NCBI GenBank assembly: GCA_021413905.1
Contig: JAIOPO010000001.1
Span: 137,159-201,158 of the forward strand
Direction of reading: 5' to 3'
Origin: Candidatus Nomurabacteria bacterium
Lineage (GTDB): Bacteria; Patescibacteriota; Minisyncoccia; Phycocordibacterales; UBA9973
Length of the DNA stretch: 64,000 nt
Both the position numbers and the translations under genes were made by a program. Of the stretch, positions 57,311-64,000 are shown piece by piece (the stretch's first letter is position 1; each line of letters opens with the position of its first letter). The notes under the pieces are model-generated. The model was not told the DNA's origin. It saw only the letters and a list, made by a program, of their open reading frames with translations, and searched no databases.

Positions 57311-58293
57311 AGACTAAAATTTGATATATTATATAAATTCAAATCGTCTTCTTTTGTGCTGTCATCTATAGGATTTTGATTTTCATCTACAGTCATAGGA
57401 TCAATTGTGTTATTTACACTGTTTTGTGAAATATGATTTTCCAACATTTCATCAGGCTTTTTTTCTATACCGTTTTTTTGTATTGAATCTAAAATAGAAC
57501 GCAAGTCTTCAGTAGAAAAATAATCTATTTTTATTTGTCCACCAATTTCTTTTCTATCTATATGCACTCTAGTTCCCAATTTATCTTGAAATTCTTCTTC
57601 AAGTTCGACTATTTCCGGATCTGGCATAAATTCTTTCTTGCGAACTCTATCATAAGCTATTTTTCTAGCTAGTTTTTCTGCTTCACGCACTGTGATTTTC
57701 TTGTACAAAATTTCTTTAAACAAAACGATTTGTTCTTCTGGATGATCTGCGAGCATCAATATTGGACGTGTATGTCCTTCTGTTATTTTCCCTTCCGACA
57801 ATGCATTTAGAACTTCTTCTGGTAAAGATAATATACGTAAAGAATTAGACACGTATTCACGACTACGTCCCATTTTTTTTGCTATTTCAGCATGAGTAAA
57901 TTTAAATTCAGTAGCAAGTTTCAAAAATGCTCTAGCACGGTCAACAGCATTCAGATCTTCTCTTTGTAGATTTTCCAATATCGCCAATTCTAATTTCATC
58001 ATATTAGAATCCCCTACGCGGATTATAGCTGGCACTTGAGAAACTCCTGCCAACATTGCTGCTCGTAAACGTCTTTCTCCGGCAATAAGCTCGTATTCAG
58101 TCAAAAGTCCGCCTTCTTCTTTTTCCACTTCCAAACGAGACACAGTAAGCGGTTGAAGTATGCCATATTGACGAATAGAATCAGCTAAATCACGAAGACG
58201 AGCTTCGTCAAACTCTCTGCGAGGTTGATATGGATTCGGTTTTATTTTATCAGTATCAATCCAGAATATTGAATTGGAATATAAATTAGACAT
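57307..58293 (-). CDS. parB: Chromosome partitioning protein ParB/Spo0J with D/N-rich C-terminal tail
   Basis: 328 aa. IKPNPYQPRREFDEARLRDLADSIRQYGILQPLTV (ParB box), HTH GERR...A. No parA adjacent. Confidence 0.88.
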   Translation of the reverse strand: MSNLYSNSIFWIDTDKIKPNPYQPRREFDEARLRDLADSIRQYGILQPLTVSRLEVEKEEGGLLTEYELIAGERRLRAAMLAGVSQVPAIIRVGDSNMMKLELAILENLQREDLNAVDRARAFLKLATEFKFTHAEIAKKMGRSREYVSNSLRILSLPEEVLNALSEGKITEGHTRPILMLADHPEEQIVLFKEILYKKITVREAEKLARKIAYDRVRKKEFMPDPEIVELEEEFQDKLGTRVHIDRKEIGGQIKIDYFSTEDLRSILDSIQKNGIEKKPDEMLENHISQNSVNNTIDPMTVDENQNPIDDSTKEDDLNLYNISNFSL

Positions 58294-58593
58294 AAAACTA
58301 TTTTAACATAAAAATACTTAAAACAAAAAGTGTATATTTTGTGTAAAACCTACCATAGACATAAGAAATAATTCAATATATAATACCAAAGTTATGCAAA
58401 TTTGGGACATAATGAAAGAAAAATATTTCTTCGCTTTAGTATCTGTCATTATTGCAGTTTTGTGGTATTTCGATGTTTTAGGTTTACATTTGTTGTACAA
58501 AATACTATTTATCATATCTATTTTATTTATGATAATAACTTCTTTTTAAATTAAATTGATTTTTATCATAAATTCAAGTAATATATAAAACAT

Positions 58594-58677
58594 GCCGGGA
58601 TGGCGGAATTGGTAGACGCAAACGACTCAAAATCGTTCGAGGGCAACTTCATGAGAGTTCAAGTCTCTCTCCCGGCA
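58594..58677 (+). tRNA. tRNA-Leu (anticodon CAA), class II with long variable arm
   Basis: Acceptor gccggga/tcccggc, anticodon stem aacga/tcgtt with loop ctCAAaa, long variable arm, T-loop ttcaagt. murA ATG starts 4 nt downstream. Confidence 0.8.
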
Positions 58678-58681
58678 CAAA

Positions 58682-60016
58682 ATGAAAAACAAAACTTCAA
58701 AAAAACAATTTAATTCTGTGGATTTTGAAATAAATGGTGGAAAAAAATTATCCGGCACAATACGCACAGGATATTCTAAAAATGGCTCGGTGGGGCTTCT
58801 TTGTGCTTCCCTTTTAAATAAAGGTAAAACGACATTACACAACATTGCTCGCATTGAAGAAGTAAATAGAGTTATAGAAATATTAGAAAGTATCGGAGTT
58901 AAAATCACTTGGACTGGTGAACACACTTTGGAAATAATTCCGCCGAAAAAATTTAATCTCAATAATCTTAATAAAGAATCAGCAATAAAAACACGTTCCA
59001 TACTGATGACCATCGGACCACTTGCACATTTTATTCCTTCTTTTAAAATTCCACATGCACAAGGTTGCCACCTAGGCAAACGCACAATCGCAGGACATAG
59101 TTATGCTTTAGAAGAACTTGGAATAAAAATAAAAACAACACAAACTGATTATGAAATTAGTGTTAAAAAATTAGCACCAGCAGAAATAATAATGTATGAA
59201 GCTGGAGACACAGCCGTCGAAAATGTTTTGACTGCTTGTGCAAAAATCCCAGGTAAAACTACGATAAAATTCTCAAGTTCAAATTATATGGTACAAGAAA
59301 TTTGCTTCTTCTTGGAAAAGTGTGGGGTAAAAATCGAAGGCATAGGTAGTTCAACTTTGATTGTGCATGGAATAAAAGAAATAAATCAAAATATCGAATA
59401 TCATAACAGTGAAGATCCGATAGAATCCATGATGTTTGTTTCTGCAGCTATAACCACAGATTCAAAATTAAAAATCACACATGTACCGATAAATTTCATG
59501 GAACTTGAACTCTACAAAATGGGCAAGATGGGTTTAAAATATGAAACTTCTAAAGTTTATAAAAGTGAAAATGGACATACAAATTTAGCTGATATCACTA
59601 TTTATCCTTCAAAACTTAAAGCTCTCGATGATAAAATACATGCGAATCCTTATCCAGGAATAAATATGGACAATCTTCCCTTTTTCGCAATTTCAGCAAT
59701 GAAAGCAAAAGGACAAACATTGATACATGATTGGAGTTATGAAAATCGTGCCATATATATGACAGAATTAAACAGACTTGGTGCACAAATCACTCTTGCT
59801 GATCCACATCGCGTATATATCGAAGGTGGGCATATTCTTAAACCAGCTCAGGTTGTTTGTCCTCCAGCATTGCGACCTTCTATGGTAATAATGATTGCGA
59901 TGTTAGGCGCTCAAGGAACATCCATTTTAAGAAATGTTTACATGATCAATCGTGGTTACGAAGAAATTGTAAAAAGATTAAACTCTCTTGGTGCTGATAT
60001 TAAAGTAATAAAATAA
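58682..60016 (+). CDS. murA: UDP-N-acetylglucosamine 1-carboxyvinyltransferase
   Basis: 444 aa. EINGGKKLSGTI...NGSVGLLCASLLNKGKTTLHNIARIEEV is the EPT-family N-terminus. Two-domain inside-out alpha/beta fold length. Confidence 0.9.
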   Translation: MKNKTSKKQFNSVDFEINGGKKLSGTIRTGYSKNGSVGLLCASLLNKGKTTLHNIARIEEVNRVIEILESIGVKITWTGEHTLEIIPPKKFNLNNLNKESAIKTRSILMTIGPLAHFIPSFKIPHAQGCHLGKRTIAGHSYALEELGIKIKTTQTDYEISVKKLAPAEIIMYEAGDTAVENVLTACAKIPGKTTIKFSSSNYMVQEICFFLEKCGVKIEGIGSSTLIVHGIKEINQNIEYHNSEDPIESMMFVSAAITTDSKLKITHVPINFMELELYKMGKMGLKYETSKVYKSENGHTNLADITIYPSKLKALDDKIHANPYPGINMDNLPFFAISAMKAKGQTLIHDWSYENRAIYMTELNRLGAQITLADPHRVYIEGGHILKPAQVVCPPALRPSMVIMIAMLGAQGTSILRNVYMINRGYEEIVKRLNSLGADIKVIK

Positions 60017-60017
60017 T

Positions 60018-60884
60018 ATGGATAAAGTATTTGTAATAGTGGGACCGACAGCATCCGGCAAAAGCAATTTCGCTGTAGATATAGCCCTTCAAAATAAAGG
60101 TGAAATCATCTCTGCTGACTCAAGACAAGTTTACAAGGGGCTTGATATTGGTTCTGGAAAAATAACTAAAAAAGAAATGCGTGGCGTTCCGCATCATTTA
60201 CTCGATATTGCAAATCCAAAAAATTCTAAATTTACTGTCGTAGATTATAAAAAACTCGCAGATAAAAAAATAAAAGAAATATTAGATAGAGGTAATCTAC
60301 CGATCATTTGCGGAGGCACAGGATTTTATATTGATGCAGTAGTAAATAGAATAATTCTGCCTGAAGTTCCACCAAATGAAAAACTGCGTAAAATTTTAAA
60401 TAAAAAATCAGAAATAGAACTTCTCAAAATATTAAAGAGTTTAGATAAAAATCGCGCGAAAAATATTGATGCAAAAAACAAAGTGCGTCTCATTCGCGCA
60501 ATAGAAATAGCCAAAGCCTTGGGTAAAGTGCCTAAAATTAAACAAGTACCCCCTGTGTATGAATTTATAAAAATAGGACTTTCAGTACCGAAAGAAATTC
60601 TAACAGAAAAAATACACACTCGCCTATTGGCACGTATTAAAAAAGGAATGTTAAATGAAGCCGAAAAACTTCACAAACAAGGACTTTCTTGGAAAAGAAT
60701 GGAAGAACTCGGCCTTGAATATAAATTTATGGCTCTTTATTTACAAGGCAAAATTACAAAACAAGAAATGATAACGCAACTAGAAACTGCAATTATTCAA
60801 TACTCTAAACGCCAAATAACTTGGTTTAAAAGAGACAAAAATATAAAATGGATAGATTCTAATTCGATTTATCATCTTGAATAA
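60018..60884 (+). CDS. miaA: tRNA dimethylallyltransferase
   Basis: 288 aa. VIVGPTASGKS P-loop, ADSRQVYKGLDIGSGK, HHLLDI. Confidence 0.9.
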   Translation: MDKVFVIVGPTASGKSNFAVDIALQNKGEIISADSRQVYKGLDIGSGKITKKEMRGVPHHLLDIANPKNSKFTVVDYKKLADKKIKEILDRGNLPIICGGTGFYIDAVVNRIILPEVPPNEKLRKILNKKSEIELLKILKSLDKNRAKNIDAKNKVRLIRAIEIAKALGKVPKIKQVPPVYEFIKIGLSVPKEILTEKIHTRLLARIKKGMLNEAEKLHKQGLSWKRMEELGLEYKFMALYLQGKITKQEMITQLETAIIQYSKRQITWFKRDKNIKWIDSNSIYHLE

Positions 60885-61365
60885 ATTTTTTAAAATTCTC
60901 TAAATCTTGCTCAGAACCTAATATGTGAATTTGTCTAGGTCCTATAATAAGCTCTTTTACCCTACCATCATCTAATACAACTGAATCATGTTCGTGAAGT
61001 TTGTCATCTTTATCTATTATTCTTTTCCAGTACATGTTAGGCATGTCGGATATATAACATGGATTCTTGGTCTCTATGACTGCGGTAATTACTTTATTCC
61101 CATAACGAAAAGCATAATTCCTATCTAGTGTTAAATAAACACCAGTATGACTATCAGTTGGTAAAGAGAATTTTATATTATCTCCGCGATAAAAAACATC
61201 ATGTATAGTACTATCAGGGAATATAGTATCTAAATATTCTGAATATTGTTCTTTAGTTCCAATTCTTGAAAGTCCTAAGTTGTCTTCAAACACAAAATCT
61301 ACTCCTTCTTTTATTTTAGGTTTTTCAGTTTCATTTTTCTTATTTTCTTTTGACAATCCTTCCAT
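60859..61365 (-). CDS. Hypothetical protein (168 aa)
   Basis: Basic/acidic N-terminus, then IHDVFYRGD...GVYLTLDRNYAFRYG...ETKNP. No confident family. Occupies the position downstream of tRNA-Trp where secE-nusG usually sit. Confidence 0.45.
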   Translation of the reverse strand: MEGLSKENKKNETEKPKIKEGVDFVFEDNLGLSRIGTKEQYSEYLDTIFPDSTIHDVFYRGDNIKFSLPTDSHTGVYLTLDRNYAFRYGNKVITAVIETKNPCYISDMPNMYWKRIIDKDDKLHEHDSVVLDDGRVKELIIGPRQIHILGSEQDLENFKKFIQDDKSN

Positions 61366-61370
61366 AGCGA

Positions 61371-61444
61371 TGGCGGGCGATGAGGGAATCGAACCCCCAC
61401 CAAAGGTTTTGGAGACCTTCGTTCTACCACTAAACTAATCGCCC
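61371..61444 (-). tRNA. tRNA-Trp (anticodon CCA), 3' CCA encoded
   Basis: Reverse complement reads gggcgat...ctCCAaa anticodon loop...atcgccc-g-cca. Standard 7/4/5/5 stems. Confidence 0.85.
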
Positions 61445-61507
61445 TTAAACCCTCCGACAAAAGTCAGAGGGCATGGAAATGTGAAAATAATAATTAACGC
61501 ATTCCCT

Positions 61508-61545
61508 AAAAAAGAACAAGCAACAATACTTTTTGTTGCTTGTTC
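61508..61545 (-). terminator. Strong intrinsic terminator downstream of rpmG (minus strand)
   Basis: 13-bp perfect stem gaacaagcaacaa/ttgttgcttgttc with 6-nt loop. On the minus strand it is followed by U6. Confidence 0.7.
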
Positions 61546-61582
61546 TATTATAACAGAATTGAAATAAAAATAAAAATAATTA

Positions 61583-61747
61583 CTAGCCCGTCATTTTAGC
61601 TTCTTTGTGTTTAGTTTTCTTTTTACAAGTTTTACAAAACTTTAAGAGCTCAATCTTTTTTGTGACGAGTTTCTTGTTTTTACTACTATAATAGTTTGCG
61701 TTCTTACAAACACTACATTTTAATCTAAAAAGTCTATCTTGTGACAT
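61583..61747 (-). CDS. rpmG: 50S ribosomal protein L33 (zinc-ribbon type), missed by the 60-aa ORF cutoff
   Basis: 54 aa: MSQDRLFRLKCSVCKNANYYSSKNKKLVTKKIELLKFCKTCKKKTKHKEAKMTG. CxxC...CxxC and KHKEAK are classic L33 features. Confidence 0.85.
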   Translation of the reverse strand: MSQDRLFRLKCSVCKNANYYSSKNKKLVTKKIELLKFCKTCKKKTKHKEAKMTG

Positions 61748-61782
61748 ACCTATATATTACTATAAACAGCCTTAAAAAGCAA

Positions 61783-62907
61783 CTAAATCGAGACTCTGGG
61801 CAATAACGCGCTAATATGTGTCGTTATTTCGTAATTAATAGTGCCCATTTTATTAGCTATTTCTTCTGCTGTAATATATTCTTTACCTTGCCTACCTAAA
61901 ATTACAACTTCGTCTTCAACTTTTATTTTTGGTAAATGACTAATATCCACTACGCACATATTCATCATCACTCTGCCTAAAATTTTACATCTTTTATCAT
62001 TTATTAAAAATTCACCTTTATTTGAAAGCCTCCTGTCTAAACCATCACCATATCCTTGTGGAATAATTGCGACTTTTGTTTCTTTTTTTGTTTTATAAGT
62101 CAAACCATATCCTATAGTGTATCCTTTTGGTAAAATTTTAATTTGAGCGACTTTTGTTTTCCAAGTCAATATCGGCTTTAAATTTATTTTAGAATACTCT
62201 TTCAAATGTTCTGCTGGCCATAAACCATAAGCACCGATACCAATACGAACCAAAGGATTATTCACTTTCATTTCATGAACCAAAATTCCAGAAGTCGCTG
62301 AAATATGATTTTGTAAATTATTGAAACCATATTCTTTTGCTAAATTTACAGATATATTAAAAATAGAAATTTGTTTTTTTGCGTGAGATAGATCTTTAGA
62401 ATCTTCAATATTTGCAAAATGAGAATAAATGCCTGTAAGTTTAATATATTTACATTTTTTTATTTCTTCAAACAATTTTGGTAACTCTTGCAACAATACA
62501 CCTTCTCTTCCTAAAAAAGCATCTACAACTAAATGAACTTCTTGAATTCTTTTTAAATTATTAGAAATTTTTTCTATTTTATATAAATAATCCTGTGAAA
62601 AAACAGACAAAGTGCAATTTAATTTAATCGCTTTAGACAAATCACTTTCTTGAACATAACCAAAAACAAAAGTTTTTCTTTTTGATATTTTTCTTAAAAT
62701 TTGTAATTCTTCAATACTGTCAACTTGAAAACAATCTACATAATTATCCAAAATAGCAACAATCTGAGATAGTCCATGACCATAAGCATTACTTTTAACT
62801 ACCACAGAAATCTGTGTTTCTTTTTTTAAAAAATTTTTAAAACTCTTGATATTTTGAATCAAATTTTTCGCTGATATTTCTATATAAGACAAAGGAAAAG
62901 TATCCAT
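61783..62907 (-). CDS. alr: Alanine racemase
   Basis: 374 aa. PLP-lysine motif VVKSNAYGHG near the N-terminus. Two-domain length. Confidence 0.88.
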   Translation of the reverse strand: MDTFPLSYIEISAKNLIQNIKSFKNFLKKETQISVVVKSNAYGHGLSQIVAILDNYVDCFQVDSIEELQILRKISKRKTFVFGYVQESDLSKAIKLNCTLSVFSQDYLYKIEKISNNLKRIQEVHLVVDAFLGREGVLLQELPKLFEEIKKCKYIKLTGIYSHFANIEDSKDLSHAKKQISIFNISVNLAKEYGFNNLQNHISATSGILVHEMKVNNPLVRIGIGAYGLWPAEHLKEYSKINLKPILTWKTKVAQIKILPKGYTIGYGLTYKTKKETKVAIIPQGYGDGLDRRLSNKGEFLINDKRCKILGRVMMNMCVVDISHLPKIKVEDEVVILGRQGKEYITAEEIANKMGTINYEITTHISALLPRVSI

Positions 62908-62926
62908 ACAAACAAGAATACACTAT

Positions 62927-63700
62927 TTATTTCAAAATAGCACTCTGAACGTCTTTCGAAACATTTGTCAGATTTTTGTAACCATTTTTTGTTATTAGTA
63001 TCATATCTTCTATTCTAATTCCGCCGAAATTTTTAAAGTAAAGACCTGGTTCTATTGTCATCACACAACCCACAGGCAAAATATCTTCGCTCTTGGGCTT
63101 GAAATTCGGCCATTCATGGATAACAGTCCCCACTCCGTGCCCGAGTCCGTGAGGGAACCCTTCTGTCTGCTTAGCCATCAGGGTAGGTCTCTTTAGCCCG
63201 AAATTTTTTCCCAAAAAATTTCGGACTGTTTCATCAATAATTTTTGCTCTCTTTTCACCAAGTCCGACTTTATTCATTGCCAATTCCATCGCTTTCAACA
63301 CTCCCAAATATATTTTCTTTTGCTTCGCATTCGGTTCGCCCCAGAAATATGTGCGTGTCATATCCGAACAATAATGATTCACAGTGCAACCAAAATCAAA
63401 CATTATAACAGTAGCTCCACCACGAATAGGTTTTTTTAATTTAGTCTCCCCTGGTTCATGATGAATATTTGCAGTATTTTTGCCAAATGCCACAATCGGC
63501 GGAAATGACAATATCGGTGCTCCATATTTTACAAAAGATTTTTTAATAAAATTCGCAATTTCGATTTCCGTCACGCCATCTTTCAATTCCTTCAAAACAT
63601 CGCCCAAAACCCGCTCGGCAATCCTCTGCGCTTTCACAATATTTTCCAATTCTTTTTTACTCTTCACCGCCCGCACTTCGTGAATTAATTTTGTTTGCAT
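62927..63700 (-). CDS. M24-family metallopeptidase (Xaa-Pro/methionine aminopeptidase-like, catalytic domain only)
   Basis: 257 aa. Pita-bread fold metal ligands: D..D (FDFGCTVNHYCSDMTRT), HGLGHGVG, EPG, EDM. Confidence 0.82.
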   Translation of the reverse strand: MQTKLIHEVRAVKSKKELENIVKAQRIAERVLGDVLKELKDGVTEIEIANFIKKSFVKYGAPILSFPPIVAFGKNTANIHHEPGETKLKKPIRGGATVIMFDFGCTVNHYCSDMTRTYFWGEPNAKQKKIYLGVLKAMELAMNKVGLGEKRAKIIDETVRNFLGKNFGLKRPTLMAKQTEGFPHGLGHGVGTVIHEWPNFKPKSEDILPVGCVMTIEPGLYFKNFGGIRIEDMILITKNGYKNLTNVSKDVQSAILK

Positions 63701-63701
63701 A

Positions 63702-64000
63702 TTAGAAAAGTTTTACCACGTCATGATAAGTCACCACGACCATCAATAAAATTAAAATTCCAAAGCCTATCATATTTGCAGTATTGGCAAATTTTGGATT
63801 GATACGAGAACCTTTTATTTTTTCAATTAAAAGAAATAAAAGTCTGCCCCCATCGAGAGCTGGAAAAGGAATCAAATTTATTATCGCCAAATTCACAGAT
63901 ATGAGCGCGGCGAAAGAAAGCAAATAAGCCCAGCCAAATTTATATGCATCACCAACAACACTCACAAGGCCCACAGGACCAGTAACAGCAGACAGGTTGC
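63702..64000 (-). CDS. rseP: RIP site-2 zinc metalloprotease RseP/Eep, C-terminal part (N-terminus beyond window)
   Basis: C-terminal membrane segment with NLIPFPALDGGRLLF (LDG motif). ORF is open to the window edge. Confidence 0.75.
   Translation of the reverse strand, partial: NLSAVTGPVGLVSVVGDAYKFGWAYLLSFAALISVNLAIINLIPFPALDGGRLLFLLIEKIKGSRINPKFANTANMIGFGILILLMVVVTYHDVVKLF

Noticed and set aside
58318-58515. 65-aa minus-strand ORF upstream of parB.
   Set aside because: Low-complexity, in an AT-rich spacer, no start context. Probably non-coding.
58627-59085. 152-aa minus-strand ORF.
   Set aside because: Overlaps tRNA-Leu and the 5' end of murA on the opposite strand. Spurious.

Overview
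AT-rich (~30% GC) chromosomal segment with very high coding density. Gene content and style (compact DnaX, short Rel, compact AspRS, no Shine-Dalgarno sequences, many soluble T4CP-like ATPases, DprA) suggest a reduced-genome bacterium, most plausibly Patescibacteria/CPR-like. This taxonomic call is an inference, not a search result. Most of the window is housekeeping: ribosomal proteins (L13 end, S9, L21, L27, L9, and an L33 gene under the 60-aa ORF-track cutoff), six aminoacyl-tRNA synthetases (Cys, Trp, Asp, Glu, Ser, plus tRNA-Gln/Leu/Trp genes), replication and recombination genes (DnaB, DnaX, RecR, TopA, DprA, ScpAB, ParB), peptidoglycan genes (MraY, FtsW, MurG, MurA, PBP2, DacA-like, M23, CtpA) and others. 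The part that does not look ordinary is the chaperone neighbourhood at 0.7-12.1 kb. The grpE-dnaK-dnaJ set is split by two insertions: (i) a 565-aa cysteine-rich repeat protein with duplicated terminal zinc-ribbon modules, a divergently transcribed PaaX-like regulator, and an LMW-PTP-like phosphatase with an aberrant P-loop sitting 21 nt upstream of dnaK; (ii) two ancient paralogous soluble VirD4/TraD-like (T4CP-family) P-loop ATPases, one of which is frameshifted by a perfect 34-bp tandem duplication in its C-terminal low-complexity tail. Further observations: promoter -10 boxes (often TGn-extended) lie 6-9 nt upstream of start codons, suggesting pervasive leaderless or near-leaderless initiation; perfect palindromic bidirectional terminators occur at convergent gene junctions; a higher-GC hypothetical gene sits with a degenerate HAD-like domain between long non-coding spacers; a CoaD-like nucleotidyltransferase has lost its HxGH motif; and an rpmG-terminator-tRNA-Trp locus is followed by an unknown protein rather than secE-nusG. 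No CRISPR arrays, rRNA genes, transposases or integrases were seen.
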